From: an uncultured Eubacteriales bacterium
GTDB taxonomy: Bacteria > Bacillota > Clostridia > Oscillospirales > CAG-272
DNA length: 64,000 nucleotides
Assembly: GCA_934432725.1 (NCBI GenBank)
Contig: CAKRZE010000009.1
Span: 2,425-66,424, forward strand
Direction of reading: 5' to 3'
In this document: one piece after another, positions 26,695 to 36,872 of the stretch
Layout: each line of letters begins with the position of its first letter
How positions within the stretch are numbered: the stretch's first letter is position 1
Notes under the pieces: generated by a model
What the model was told of the DNA's origin: nothing
Database searches by the model: none
Seen by the model: the letters and a program-made list of their open reading frames with translations, nothing else
Program-made: the position numbers and the translations under genes

Positions 26695-27152
26695 TTCAGT
26701 TCCTCCATCATCAGGGACAGTACGGCATCCGCCGTCTGAGCGCGAATGCACCGGCGGTCCCCCTCCAGAAGAAGACGCCTGACCACCGTATGCAGCTCAT
26801 CGGAATAAGCAATGTACACAAGCCCGACCGGATCCCCGTCCGGACCCGCATAACCGGTCGTACCGAGTCCGATATCGGTATGCATAAGGGACCGGATGCC
26901 CTTGGACATCAGAGCGGCACAGGATTCCGAAACCGCTCCCTCCGTCCGCAGCATCTCATCAGGAATGCCGAGCAGACCGGATTTCACCCGGTTTGCATAG
27001 GACACAACGCCCCCCAGAAAGACCCCGGAGGAACCCGGGACATCCGTGATCCGCTTTGCAACCAGCCCTCCCGTGCAGGATTCCGCACAGGAAACCGTCA
27101 TGCCGAGCCGAAGCAGCATATGAACCGCATCTTCCTGTATCATAGCATTCAT
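26682..27152 (-). CDS. pncC: CinA C-terminal domain / nicotinamide-nucleotide amidohydrolase
   Basis: The SCAESCTGGLVAKRITDVPGSS motif and ...TGYAGPDG... are typical of PncC/CinA-C. Confidence 0.85.
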   Translation of the reverse strand: MNAMIQEDAVHMLLRLGMTVSCAESCTGGLVAKRITDVPGSSGVFLGGVVSYANRVKSGLLGIPDEMLRTEGAVSESCAALMSKGIRSLMHTDIGLGTTGYAGPDGDPVGLVYIAYSDELHTVVRRLLLEGDRRCIRAQTADAVLSLMMEELKWRL

Positions 27153-27208
27153 CCGGTTCCCACAACATGCGGAACCGCCTTTCGGAAAGCAAAATTCGGA
27201 TTTAAGCG

Positions 27209-27838
27209 TTACTTTGTACCGAACAGACGGTCGCCCGCATCTCCCAGACCGGGAAGAATGTAAGCGTTTTCGTTCAGTCTCTCGTCCAAAGCAGCCACAT
27301 AGATGTTGACATCCGGATGCTCAGCCTGCACCTTTCTGACACCCTCCGGAGCGGCGACAAGGCACATCAGGCGGATATCGCAGCAGCCCTTTTCCTTCAG
27401 CAGACGAATCGCATCGCAGGAGGAACCGCCTGTCGCAAGCATCGGATCGCAGACAATGATCGTTCTCTTTTCAATGTCAAACGGAAGCTTGCAGTAATAA
27501 ACCACCGGCAGATGGGTCTTCGGATCACGGTACAGACCGATATGTCCAACCTTGGCAACCGGAAGCAGACTCAGAAGTCCGTCCACCATGCCGAGTCCGG
27601 CGCGCAGAATCGGAACGATGGCGACCTTCTTTCCGGCAATCTTCTTCGCCTTCATGCGTGTCATGGGAGTTTCGATTTCCACATCATCCAACGGAAAATC
27701 GCGGGTGACCTCATATCCCATCAGAACCGTGATCTCATCCAGCAGTTCACGAAAATCCTTCGGACCGGTTCTCTTGTCCCGCATAATTGTCAGCTTATGC
27801 TGAATCATCGGGTGGTCGATAATGTGTAATTCGCTCAT
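27209..27838 (-). CDS. upp: Uracil phosphoribosyltransferase (209 aa)
   Basis: [24 protein letters not shown]..., [41 protein letters not shown]. The track ORF's 100-aa N-terminal extension is unsupported. Confidence 0.95.
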   Translation of the reverse strand: MSELHIIDHPMIQHKLTIMRDKRTGPKDFRELLDEITVLMGYEVTRDFPLDDVEIETPMTRMKAKKIAGKKVAIVPILRAGLGMVDGLLSLLPVAKVGHIGLYRDPKTHLPVVYYCKLPFDIEKRTIIVCDPMLATGGSSCDAIRLLKEKGCCDIRLMCLVAAPEGVRKVQAEHPDVNIYVAALDERLNENAYILPGLGDAGDRLFGTK

Positions 27839-27925
27839 ATTTTTATTCCTTTCCTTACGATCCTGCTCCGTCCTATCGGCACGAAACCGCGCCGCAAAAA
27901 GCCCGGCACAGGCTACTACAGTTTT

Positions 27926-27954
27926 ATTATATACCTCACGGCAGCAAATTTCAA
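27926..27954 (-). promoter_or_regulatory. Putative sigma-A promoter for upp
   Basis: The minus strand reads TTGAAA (27954-27949), 17 nt, TATAAT (27931-27926). Confidence 0.55.
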
Positions 27955-28187
27955 CCTCTTTTTTCAATTTGCGCTCATTTTTTGACAAATACCCGTTTAC
28001 ACCGTAAAAAAACGAAGAAGCCGCTTTCTTCCGTTCTTCGCAAAATCCGGGTTTTTCCGGAGCGCCGCCGCGCCTTATCGAATTCCCGGTCCGGCGCATC
28101 CCTGCTTTTTCTCCCCGACCCGCGTGCTTATAACCAAACATATCCTGCCGATCCGGTCAAAACCGCCAAGCTTTTTTCAAAAATCTA

Positions 28188-28216
28188 TTGACAATCATAC
28201 AAATTTCTGCTATAAT
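28188..28216 (+). promoter_or_regulatory. Consensus sigma-A promoter for tRNA-Lys
   Basis: TTGACA (28188-28193), 17 nt, TATAAT (28211-28216). Confidence 0.65.
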
Positions 28217-28236
28217 AATGCTGTTCGAAAGAAATT

Positions 28237-28312
28237 GCCCCTGTAGCTCAGCTGGTAGAGCACATGACTTTTAATCATGGTGTCCGGAGTTCGATTCTCC
28301 GCAGGAGCACCA
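28237..28312 (+). tRNA. tRNA-Lys (anticodon UUU), CCA encoded
   Basis: Acceptor GCCCCTG/CAGGAGC (one mismatch), anticodon stem-loop CATGA-CTTTTAA-TCATG, T-arm CGGAGTTCGATTCTCCG. Confidence 0.9.
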
Positions 28313-28315
28313 TCC

Positions 28316-28347
28316 GGAGTAGGTTTTTAAAACCTACTCCTTTTTTA
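28316..28347 (+). terminator. Intrinsic terminator after tRNA-Lys
   Basis: GGAGTAGGTTT / AAACCTACTCC hairpin followed by TTTTTT. Confidence 0.7.
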
Positions 28348-28611
28348 TCTGAAAAATGCCCGCGTGAGAAAACAGACTCCCGTTTTGTGTAAAGGTGAAA
28401 CCCGCAGAAAAAGGCACCGCGCGCAAGTCTCCCTGTTCCGCCCCGCATAAAAAGAAAAGCATCCGACCTCCGCAAAAGCCGACACCGGCGCCTCCGTATC
28501 CGCGACCATGATTTTCCCCATAATTCCCTGCAAACAGGAAAGGAGCATTGTTTCCTGCCACCCGGCAAACAGCGCTGCCGCTCTCTCCGTATTCTGCAAT
28601 TCATAAACCAT
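28345..28611 (-). pseudogene. Truncated N-terminal remnant of a GNAT-type acetyltransferase-like gene
   Basis: An 88-aa ORF with RBS. Its first roughly 60 aa (LFAGWQETMLLSCLQGIMGKIMVADTEAPVSAFAEVGCFSFYAG) resemble, from memory, the N-terminus of a roughly 250-aa clostridial GNAT family. The rest is missing and the ORF runs into the tRNA-Lys terminator. Confidence 0.35.
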
Positions 28612-28730
28612 CTTTAATGCTGCCCTCTTCCTTTTTCCGAAGCAGCCGCATCCCCGGCAGATAATTTTGCACTCATATCAGATTGCAAGCAGCCTGCGGA
28701 GGCTGTGATTTTTTATATCAACCTTAAAAT

Positions 28731-28930
28731 GACGCTCCCGGGGAAACCATCCGCATAAAATCCCCGCGTTGCAGATTTCCTGCGCATGTGTGATCCCGCA
28801 GGTGAAAATGTGTGCCTGCACAGACATTTTCCCGCCGCACGTCAGGGAGCACACACGGCAAAATACCGTGCCGGAGCCGAAAAATCCCGGGAGCCTTGGC
28901 TCCGGTACGGACTCCTGTGCACATTTTGCC
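28731..28930 (+). repeat. Copy of the dispersed intergenic repeat family (X-tail plus Z hairpin plus GC-rich hairpins)
   Basis: tgtgatcccgcaggtgaaaatgtgtgcctgcacagacatttt aligns with tattatcccacaagtaaaaatgtgtgcttcatgaacattttt (52.2 kb) and with attataccatgaagcaaaaatgtgtgcttgcacaaacattttt (55.4 kb). Confidence 0.45.
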
Positions 28931-29084
28931 ACCCGTCAGCGCTTTTTTCAATAAAATTGAAAAAAACAAAGCATATCTCTGACACGGCGCCTCATGGTTG
29001 CTGTAAACGGAATAAAGGAACGGCAGGTCCGGGCAGCTCCATGCTGCCGGAAAACATTCGCAGTATAAATGTTTCGGCTCCCTA

Positions 29085-29113
29085 TTGACAAACCGTCCGT
29101 TCCGTTGTATAAT
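29085..29113 (+). promoter_or_regulatory. Consensus sigma-A promoter of the pyr operon
   Basis: TTGACA (29085-29090), 17 nt, TATAAT (29108-29113). Confidence 0.65.
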
Positions 29114-29202
29114 ATAGAAAATCTTTAAGCATGGTGCTGTGACGCCGGCAAGGTTGTAATAGAGGACTGTTTGAAAACAGTTATGTCTTTTTGTACGCTC
29201 AG

Positions 29203-29228
29203 CCTGCTTGAAGAAAGCAGGTTTTTTG
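29203..29228 (+). terminator. Leader intrinsic terminator (putative attenuator) of the pyr operon
   Basis: CCTGCTT-gaaga-AAGCAGG followed by TTTTTTG, about 90 nt after the promoter and 100 nt before the pyrC ATG. It is preceded by a second hairpin, ACTGTT/AACAGT, at 29165-29181. Confidence 0.6.
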
Positions 29229-29327
29229 TATTGCAAAACAAAAGTGCTGCCTTTGCCGTCACTCGGAGGCGCACCGAATTCAAAAAGAAGGAGCGCTGCC
29301 GCACAAAAAGCGGACGCAACGGCTGAC

Positions 29328-30584
29328 ATGTCGAAACAGAAAAACACCCCGTATATATCCGCCTCTGTTTTCAGAAACGGCATATTCCGTCAGGAAAAGT
29401 TTCATTTTGATATTCCGGGAGCCAACCTGCAAAAGGATTGCTTCCGTTCCGAGCATATTTTCATATTTCCGGCTTTTTGCGATGTACATGTACATTTCAG
29501 AGAGCCGGGTTTTTCTTATAAGGAAACCATACGGCAAGGAAGCCTCGCCGCAGCGCACGGCGGCTATTCGGATGTCTGCACCATGCCGAATCTGAATCCG
29601 GTTCCGGATTCGGAAGAAGCGCTGGAGCAGCAGCTTACACTGATTCGCAGGAATGCCGCCATCCGTGTTCATCCGTATGCCTCCGTCACAAAGGGTGAAC
29701 TGGGCAAAGAGCTTTCCGACATGGAAGCCCTCGCCCCGCGCTGTGCCGCGTTCTCGGATGACGGAAAGGGAGTACAGAACCCGGAGCTGATGCGCCGTGC
29801 GATGCAAAAAGCCAAAAGCCTCGGAAAAATCATTGCAGCCCACTGCGAGGACAATTCCTTGCTGCACGGCGGCTATATTCACAAAGGCTCCTATGCAAGG
29901 GCGCACGGTCACGCAGGGATTTCCTCCGAAAGTGAATGGCGGATGATTGAACGCGATCTTCGGCTTGCAAAGGAAACCGGATGCAAATACCACGTCTGCC
30001 ACATCTCCGCTGCCGAAAGCGTCGAATTGATCCGGGAGGCAAAGGCGGACGGCGTTGACGTCACCTGCGAAACCGCGCCGCATTACCTTGTTCTGGACGA
30101 CTCCATGCTGCAGGAGGACGGCAGATTCAAAATGAACCCGCCTCTGAGAAGCCCCGCCGACCGTCTCGCGCTCATCCGGGGGCTTTGGGACGGCACAATT
30201 GATATGATTGCCACCGACCATGCGCCGCACACCGCCGCGGAAAAGTCAAAGGGGCTGAAGGACAGTCTGATGGGCGTCACAGGGCTGGAAACCGCCTTCC
30301 CCGTACTCTACACCAACCTCGTTCGCCCCGGGCTTCTTTCCCTTGAAACGCTGATCGAAAAAATGGCAATCAGCCCCAGAAAGCGCTTCGGCATTGCACA
30401 GACCGATGATTTCTGCGTTTTTGATCTCGGTGCCCGCTATAAAATCAACCCGGAGGAGCTTCTGAGCATGGGAAAAAGCACTCCGTTTGCGGGGGCAGAG
30501 GTATATGGGCAATGCCTCATGACCGTCTGCCGCGGCTCCGTCGTTTTTCCCTGCCCCAAAGGGTCCGATCAGGGCATGCACTGA
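29328..30584 (+). CDS. pyrC: Dihydroorotase (418 aa)
   Basis: FCDVHVHFREPG metal-binding motif, AHCED, CHISAAES, ATDHAPH. The start is uncertain: ATG 29328 has a weak RBS, and the track start at 29208 lies inside the leader terminator. Confidence 0.88.
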   Translation: MSKQKNTPYISASVFRNGIFRQEKFHFDIPGANLQKDCFRSEHIFIFPAFCDVHVHFREPGFSYKETIRQGSLAAAHGGYSDVCTMPNLNPVPDSEEALEQQLTLIRRNAAIRVHPYASVTKGELGKELSDMEALAPRCAAFSDDGKGVQNPELMRRAMQKAKSLGKIIAAHCEDNSLLHGGYIHKGSYARAHGHAGISSESEWRMIERDLRLAKETGCKYHVCHISAAESVELIREAKADGVDVTCETAPHYLVLDDSMLQEDGRFKMNPPLRSPADRLALIRGLWDGTIDMIATDHAPHTAAEKSKGLKDSLMGVTGLETAFPVLYTNLVRPGLLSLETLIEKMAISPRKRFGIAQTDDFCVFDLGARYKINPEELLSMGKSTPFAGAEVYGQCLMTVCRGSVVFPCPKGSDQGMH

Positions 30585-30660
30585 CCGGGACGAAAGGACA
30601 AATATCTCATTATATCCGATGAAAGGAAGCTTGCGCTGAGGCGGAAGCATTGGTATCAGT

Positions 30661-31749
30661 ATGGAACAGGCAAAGAACAGGAAGCTCGTTTTTGAAAACG
30701 GCGAGGAATACTGCGGCTCCGGCTTCGGGAGCCCGAGGGACGCCGTCTGTGAGATCGTCTTCAACACCTCCATGACCGGCTATCAGGAAATCATTTCTGA
30801 TCCCTCCTATACCGGTCAGGCAGTCGTCATGACCTATCCGCTGATCGGAAATTACGGCACGGCAGATGAGGATTACGAAACCAAAAATCCGCACATCGGC
30901 GGTCTTATCGTAAGAGAATACAACGATTTCCCCTCCAACTTCCGATACACCAAAACGCTCTCTGAGGTCATGGAGGAAAACGGCATCCCCGGCATCAGCG
31001 GCGTGGACACCAGAAAGCTCACACGGATCATACGGAACCACGGGACCGGACGCGTTCTGATTACCGATGCGGAGACAAAAACGGAGGATGCCGTTTCCAT
31101 CCTGCAAAGAACTCCGGTTCCGCACGATGCCGTAGCGCAGGTAAGCTGCAAAAAGAGATGGTATGCCCGCACCGCAAACGCGAGATACAATGTTGCGGCA
31201 ATCGACTGCGGCATCAAGCTGAACATGATCCGCGCCCTGAATCAGCGCGGCTGCAACGTCACGGTGCTGCCGTACAGCGCCACCGCAGAGGAGGTTGCAA
31301 AGCTGAAGCCGGACGGCATTCTTCTTTCAAACGGTCCCGGCAACCCGGAGGATGTGCAGCCGGTTATCCGGCTTGTCAGGGAGCTGCGCGGCAGCTTCCC
31401 CATCTTCGGCATCTGCCTCGGACATCAGATGATCTGCCTCGCGTGCGGTGCGGAAACCTATAAGCTGAAATTCGGACACCGCGGGGGAAACCACCCCGTT
31501 CTGGATCTGGAAACCGGAAAAATCGAAATCACCTCCCAGAACCACAGCTATGCCGTCCGGGAGGAAAGTCTTCGGAATACAGGGCTTGCCGTCACGCACC
31601 GGAATCTTCTGGACAACACCGTGGAGGGCGTTGCCGATCCGGACTCCAACATGTTCGGCATCCAGTATCATCCGGAAAGCGCGCCCGGACCGCAGGACAG
31701 CGGCTATTTGTTTGACCGGTTCATCGGTATGATGCAGAAAAAGAGCTGA
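30661..31749 (+). CDS. carA: Carbamoyl-phosphate synthase small (glutaminase) subunit
   Basis: [22 protein letters not shown] (catalytic Cys), QYHPES. Confidence 0.95.
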   Translation: MEQAKNRKLVFENGEEYCGSGFGSPRDAVCEIVFNTSMTGYQEIISDPSYTGQAVVMTYPLIGNYGTADEDYETKNPHIGGLIVREYNDFPSNFRYTKTLSEVMEENGIPGISGVDTRKLTRIIRNHGTGRVLITDAETKTEDAVSILQRTPVPHDAVAQVSCKKRWYARTANARYNVAAIDCGIKLNMIRALNQRGCNVTVLPYSATAEEVAKLKPDGILLSNGPGNPEDVQPVIRLVRELRGSFPIFGICLGHQMICLACGAETYKLKFGHRGGNHPVLDLETGKIEITSQNHSYAVREESLRNTGLAVTHRNLLDNTVEGVADPDSNMFGIQYHPESAPGPQDSGYLFDRFIGMMQKKS

Positions 31750-31915
31750 CCGCTCCGGCTCACGAAGCTCCGGCAAGATTCCGAAGGGGCGGCAGCGCCT
31801 TCACACTGCATCGTTCGTCTTCGCTGCCGAAGCGGCAGAAAACAGACCCTGCAAGCCACCGCAATTCCGAAAGAAAGGAGTCCTTCATTACACCGTGAAG
31901 GGCAGGAAAATAACA

Positions 31916-34900
31916 ATGCCAAAGAGAACTGATCTGAAAAAGATACTCGTCATCGGCTCCGGACCGATTGTCATCGGGCAGGCAGCTGAATTCGATTATG
32001 CCGGCACGCAGGCGTGTCTGGCGCTGCGGGAGGAGGGATATGAAGTCATCCTCTGCAACTCCAATCCTGCAACCATCATGACGGATACCACGATCGCAGA
32101 CAAGGTTTATATGGAACCGCTCACACTGGAATATCTGGCAAAAATCATCCGTTATGAGCGTCCGGACGCTGTTCTTCCCGGTATCGGCGGGCAGACCGGT
32201 CTGAATCTCGCCATGCAGCTTGAGAAAAAGGGCGTTCTTGCCGAATGCGGCACAGAGCTGCTCGGAACCGGAAGCAAAAGCATCGAACAGGCAGAGGACC
32301 GAGCGCTCTTCAAGGCACTGTGCAAGGAGCTTGGGGAGCCGGTTCCGGAATCCGCTACGGTTGAAAATGCAGAGGACGGTCTGGCAGCCGCCGCGCAGAT
32401 CGGCTATCCCGTCATTCTGCGCCCTGCCTTTACGCTGGGCGGAACGGGAGGCGGTTTTGCCCAGACGCCGGAGGAATGCCTTGACCTGCTTCACGGCGCT
32501 CTGGAGCTGTCCCCCGTCCATCAGGTCCTGATTGAAAAAAGCATCAAAGGCTATAAGGAAATCGAATATGAGGTCATGCGCGATGCAAACGACACCGCCA
32601 TTGCAATCTGCAACATGGAAAACATCGACCCGGTCGGCATTCACACCGGAGATTCCATCGTCGTATGCCCGTCCCAGACCCTGACCAACAAGGAATACCA
32701 AATGCTCCGCGACAGCGCTCTTCGCATCATCCGGGCACTGAAAATCGAAGGCGGCTGCAACGTCCAGTTTGCCCTTGACCCGCTTTCCTTCCAATACTAT
32801 GTTATTGAAGTCAACCCGCGCGTCTCCCGCTCTTCGGCTCTCGCCAGCAAGGCAAGCGGCTATCCGATCGCACGGGTCAGCGCAAAGATCGCCGTCGGTC
32901 TGCGGCTGGATGAGATCCGGCTCGCAAATACGCCTGCCTCCTTTGAGCCGGCTTTGGATTACGTTGTCATGAAAATGCCCCGCTTTCCCTTTGACAAGTT
33001 TTCGGCTGCAAGCAACCGCCTCTCCACGCAGATGAAGGCAACCGGAGAGGTCATGAGCGTCGGCAGAACCATCGAAGAGAGCCTGCTGAAGGCAATCCGC
33101 TCGCTGGAAACCGGCGCATACCATCTGCATCTGAAGAAATTCGACAGGGAGCGCGAGGAAGTGCTTCTGCAATACATTGATGCCGGCACCGATGACCGCA
33201 TCTATGCCATTGCGGAGCTGATCCGCCGCGGCACGGACATCAGCCTGATCTGCAACGTCACGAAAATCGACATGCTGTTCCTCGATAAGCTCCGGAACAT
33301 TGTGGAGGAGGAACGCCGCCTGAAGGCGCACCCGGGGGATGCAAAGCTCCTTTGTGAAGCCAAGCGCATGGGCTTTTCGGACAGAGCGATCGCGGACCTC
33401 TGGAATACGACAGAGGACGAAATCTTCGGTCTGCGCGAAACGCACGGGCTGTTTCCTGTGTACAAGATGATCGACAGCTGCGCATCGGAGTTTGAGAGCT
33501 ATATTCCCTACTTTTACTCCACCAATGGGGAGGAAAATGAATCCGAGGTCTCAAAGCGGGAAAAAATCATTGTGCTCGGCTCCGGACCGATCCGAATCGG
33601 TCAGGGTGTGGAATTCGATTATTCCACCGTGCATGCAGTCTCCACCATCAAGCAGTCCGGGTATGATGCCATTATCATCAACAACAACCCGGAGACGGTA
33701 TCCACCGATTACACCTGCTCGGATAAGCTGTACTTTGAACCGCTCTGCGCCGAGGATGTCATGAATATTATTCATCTGGAGCATCCGGTCGGCGTCATCG
33801 CCTCGCTCGGCGGGCAGACGGCAATCAACCTTGCGGAAAAGCTGCACCTCCGCGGCGTATCCATCATCGGCACGGACTGCGCGGCAATCGACCGCGCGGA
33901 AAACCGCGATCTGTTTGAAAAGCTGCTTCAGGAGCTTGCCATTCCGCAGCCGCCCGGAAGAGCCGTCACCGATATCGAAGAGGGTGTCAGAGCTGCCGCC
34001 GAAACCGGATACCCCGTTCTGGTCCGCCCCTCCTTTGTGCTGGGCGGCAGAGCGATGCAGATCGTAGCTGATGAAGCACAGCTGAGGCACTATCTGCACA
34101 CTGCGGTGGAAATTGATGCGGATCGTCCGGTGTTGGTTGATAAATATATTGCGGGAAAGGAGCTGGAGGTCGATGCGGTCTGCGACGGAACCGACGTCTT
34201 TGTGCCGGGCATCATGGAGCTGGTAGAGCGCACCGGAATCCACAGCGGAGACTCCATCAGCGTCTACCCGACCTTCAGCGTCAGCAAAAAAGCCAAGGAG
34301 ACGATTTTGGACTATACACGCCGCCTCGGGCTCGGCATCGGCATCCGCGGACTGTACAACATCCAGTTTATCGTGGACCGGGAGGAACGGGTGTATGTCA
34401 TAGAGGTCAACCCGCGCTCCTCCCGCACCGTTCCGTTCCTTTCCAAGGCGACCGGCTTCAGCCTTGCCGACATCGCCACAAAGGTCATTCTCGGAGAATC
34501 GCTGCGGAAGCAGGGCTTCACCTCCGTATATCCGGCGGAAAAGCAGCGCTGGTATGTCAAGGTTCCCGCCTTCTCTTTCTCCAAGCTCAGCGGTCTTGAC
34601 GCCTATCTTTCCCCCGAGATGAAATCCACCGGAGAGGCAATCGGCTATGACGGCAAGCTGACGCGCGCACTGTACAAGGCGCTGAAGGCAAGCGGCATGA
34701 ACGTGGCAAATTACGGAACGGTCCTTGCAACCATCGCGGACAGCGACAAGGAAGAGGCGCTTCCCCTGATCCGCAGGTTTTACCGCCTCGGCTTTAATAT
34801 CCAGGCAACGGAGGGGACGGCGGTCTATCTGAAGAAAAACGGGATTCGCACGCACATGCTCAGGAAGATCAGCGACGGAAGCCGCGAAATACCGGATGCC

Positions 34901-35095
34901 ATCCGGCGCGGCTATGTCACCTATGTCATCAATACACGGGATATGAGCAAGCAGGATGTTTTGTCCGACGGGCATGAGATCCGGCGGTATGCGGCAGAAA
35001 ACAACGTCACCATGTTCACCTCTTTGGACACGGTGCGCGTGCTTCTGGATGTTCTGGAGGAAACCACGCTCGGCATTTCCACCATAGACGCCTGA
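31916..35095 (+). CDS. carB: Carbamoyl-phosphate synthase large subunit (1059 aa)
   Basis: [33 protein letters not shown], duplicated ATP-grasp halves (second: [20 protein letters not shown]), and a C-terminal MGS-like domain. Confidence 0.95.
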   Translation: MPKRTDLKKILVIGSGPIVIGQAAEFDYAGTQACLALREEGYEVILCNSNPATIMTDTTIADKVYMEPLTLEYLAKIIRYERPDAVLPGIGGQTGLNLAMQLEKKGVLAECGTELLGTGSKSIEQAEDRALFKALCKELGEPVPESATVENAEDGLAAAAQIGYPVILRPAFTLGGTGGGFAQTPEECLDLLHGALELSPVHQVLIEKSIKGYKEIEYEVMRDANDTAIAICNMENIDPVGIHTGDSIVVCPSQTLTNKEYQMLRDSALRIIRALKIEGGCNVQFALDPLSFQYYVIEVNPRVSRSSALASKASGYPIARVSAKIAVGLRLDEIRLANTPASFEPALDYVVMKMPRFPFDKFSAASNRLSTQMKATGEVMSVGRTIEESLLKAIRSLETGAYHLHLKKFDREREEVLLQYIDAGTDDRIYAIAELIRRGTDISLICNVTKIDMLFLDKLRNIVEEERRLKAHPGDAKLLCEAKRMGFSDRAIADLWNTTEDEIFGLRETHGLFPVYKMIDSCASEFESYIPYFYSTNGEENESEVSKREKIIVLGSGPIRIGQGVEFDYSTVHAVSTIKQSGYDAIIINNNPETVSTDYTCSDKLYFEPLCAEDVMNIIHLEHPVGVIASLGGQTAINLAEKLHLRGVSIIGTDCAAIDRAENRDLFEKLLQELAIPQPPGRAVTDIEEGVRAAAETGYPVLVRPSFVLGGRAMQIVADEAQLRHYLHTAVEIDADRPVLVDKYIAGKELEVDAVCDGTDVFVPGIMELVERTGIHSGDSISVYPTFSVSKKAKETILDYTRRLGLGIGIRGLYNIQFIVDREERVYVIEVNPRSSRTVPFLSKATGFSLADIATKVILGESLRKQGFTSVYPAEKQRWYVKVPAFSFSKLSGLDAYLSPEMKSTGEAIGYDGKLTRALYKALKASGMNVANYGTVLATIADSDKEEALPLIRRFYRLGFNIQATEGTAVYLKKNGIRTHMLRKISDGSREIPDAIRRGYVTYVINTRDMSKQDVLSDGHEIRRYAAENNVTMFTSLDTVRVLLDVLEETTLGISTIDA

Positions 35096-35232
35096 ACCGG
35101 TGCAGAGCGTGCGGCGCTCGGCTGTGCCTTTCGGCGATCCGGCATTGCCTGCCGCAAAACCTGCGGCACAGTCCCGAAAAGTGAAGCCAACTGTCTCTCC
35201 GCCTTGCCCCGATCGAATAAAAGGAGGAACCC

Positions 35233-35976
35233 ATGAAACAAGACTCTTATCAGATCCTTTCAAACGAACCGGAGGCGCCCCGGATATTCCGCATGGTTTT
35301 GTCCGGAGATACCTCCCCCATAAGCGCACCCGGACAGTTCGCCAACATAAAGCTGGACGGCTTTTACCTGCGGCGTCCGATCTCCGTCTGCGACTGGGAC
35401 CGGGAAACGCTGACCGTCATTTATCGGGTCGTCGGTCACGGAACGGAGGCAATGAGCCGTATGAAGCCCGGGCAGACGCTTGATCTTCTCCTCGGTCTGG
35501 GCAACGGCTTTGACACGGCGCCGTCCGGAGAAAAACCGCTGCTTGTCGGAGGAGGCGTCGGTGTTCCGCCGCTTTTCGGGCTATGCAAAAAGCTCCTTAG
35601 CGAGGGGAAGCAGCCACAGGTCATTCTCGGTGCCGGCACAAAGGCGGATCTGATCTGCGAATCGGATTTTCGCGCGCTTGGGATCCCGGTCACGGTCACA
35701 ACCGCCGACGGAAGCCGCGGTCTTCACGGCTTTGTGACAGATGCCATGAAGCAGGCGGATTACAGCTATTTTTATACCTGCGGACCGATGCCGATGTTCC
35801 GTGCGATCCACGCTATTGCAAAAACGGGCGGGCAGTTCAGCTTTGAAGAGCGCATGGGATGCGGCTTCGGCGCCTGCATGGGCTGCACCTGCCGCACAAA
35901 ACACGGTGCAAAACGAATCTGTAAGGACGGTCCCGTCCTTGTAAGGGAGGAGATTGAATGGGAAACACAAGCGTAA
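35233..35976 (+). CDS. pyrK: Dihydroorotate dehydrogenase electron-transfer subunit
   Basis: FAD/NAD-binding fold (RRPISV, LLVGGGVGVPPL) and a C-terminal 2Fe-2S motif CGFGACMGCTC. RBS AAAGGAGG. Confidence 0.9.
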   Translation: MKQDSYQILSNEPEAPRIFRMVLSGDTSPISAPGQFANIKLDGFYLRRPISVCDWDRETLTVIYRVVGHGTEAMSRMKPGQTLDLLLGLGNGFDTAPSGEKPLLVGGGVGVPPLFGLCKKLLSEGKQPQVILGAGTKADLICESDFRALGIPVTVTTADGSRGLHGFVTDAMKQADYSYFYTCGPMPMFRAIHAIAKTGGQFSFEERMGCGFGACMGCTCRTKHGAKRICKDGPVLVREEIEWETQA

Positions 35977-36872
35977 CACTCTGCGGCATCAGACTTGACA
36001 ATCCGGTGATTCCGGCAAGCGGGACCTTCGGCTTCGGCTATGAATTCGCGGAGCTGTATGACATTGACTGCCTCGGCACGATTTCCGTCAAGGGCACAAC
36101 AAGGGAGGCACGCTTTGGGAACCCGACGCCGCGCATCGCGGAATGCCCTGCCGGTCTGCTCAATTCCGTGGGGCTTCAAAATCCGGGCGCGGATGCGGTC
36201 GCGCAGAACGAGCTTCCGAGACTGAGGCAGGTCTTTCACAAGCCGGTCATGGTTAACGTCAGCGGCTTCTCACCCGAGGAGTATGCGGACACCGTGCGGA
36301 GGCTTGATCCCTGCGAGGGCATCGGCTGGTTTGAAATCAATATTTCCTGCCCGAACGTTCATAACGGAGGGCTGTCCTTCGGGACAAGTCCGGAAAATGC
36401 CGCCGCAGTCACACGCGCTGTCCGCCGCGCAACAGACAAGCCGATTCTTCTCAAGCTCTCCCCCAACGTCACCGACATCACCGAAATCGCAAAAGCATGC
36501 GAAGCTGAGGGCGCAGACGGCATTTCCCTGATCAATACCCTGCTCGGCATGCGGATCGATCTGAAGACAAGAAAACCGGTCCTTGCCAACAAAACCGGCG
36601 GACTTTCCGGCCCCGCTGTCAAGCCGGTCGCCCTGCGCATGGTTTATCAGGTTTACGAAGCGGTTCATATTCCGATCGTCGGAATGGGCGGAATCGAAAC
36701 AGCAGAGGATGTGATTGAATTCATGCTGGCAGGAGCGGCTGCGGTCATGGTCGGCGCCGCAAATCTGAGAGAGCCGTATGCGTGCAAAAGCATCATCGAC
36801 ACGCTCCCCTCCGCCATGGAGCAATACGGAATTCAGACCCTTTCCGAAATAACAGGAGGTGCTCATTCATGA
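35958..36872 (+). CDS. pyrD: Dihydroorotate dehydrogenase (class 1B) catalytic subunit
   Basis: NPVIPASGTFGFG, NSVGLQNPG, EINISCPNV, GGLSGPAVKPVALRMV, GMGGI. It overlaps the pyrK end by 19 nt. Confidence 0.93.
   Translation: MGNTSVTLCGIRLDNPVIPASGTFGFGYEFAELYDIDCLGTISVKGTTREARFGNPTPRIAECPAGLLNSVGLQNPGADAVAQNELPRLRQVFHKPVMVNVSGFSPEEYADTVRRLDPCEGIGWFEINISCPNVHNGGLSFGTSPENAAAVTRAVRRATDKPILLKLSPNVTDITEIAKACEAEGADGISLINTLLGMRIDLKTRKPVLANKTGGLSGPAVKPVALRMVYQVYEAVHIPIVGMGGIETAEDVIEFMLAGAAAVMVGAANLREPYACKSIIDTLPSAMEQYGIQTLSEITGGAHS

Noticed and set aside
28836-28900. Resemblance of CACACGG...GAAAAAUCCCGGGAG to the 3' part of ykkC-type (guanidine/ppGpp/PRPP) riboswitches
   Set aside because: The conserved 5' elements (CUAGGGUUCCG, GGUCCGAGAG) are absent or only vaguely matched. 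The element lies upstream of the pyr promoter rather than in its leader, and the homologous repeat copies lack the motif.
29114-29202. PyrR binding site in the pyr leader
   Set aside because: The hallmark UCCAGAGAGG loop is not present. Only loose similarity (CUUUAAG...CAAGG) exists, so I report it as an unexplained attenuator instead.
28724-29383. 219-aa minus-strand ORF between tRNA-Lys and pyrC
   Set aside because: It runs antisense through the pyr promoter, the leader terminator and a repeat copy. It has no RBS and no recognisable domain.
31760-35329. Two long ORFs (561 and 592 aa) antisense to carB
   Set aside because: carB on the + strand is unambiguous. The antisense translations are R/G/A-rich and have no family resemblance.
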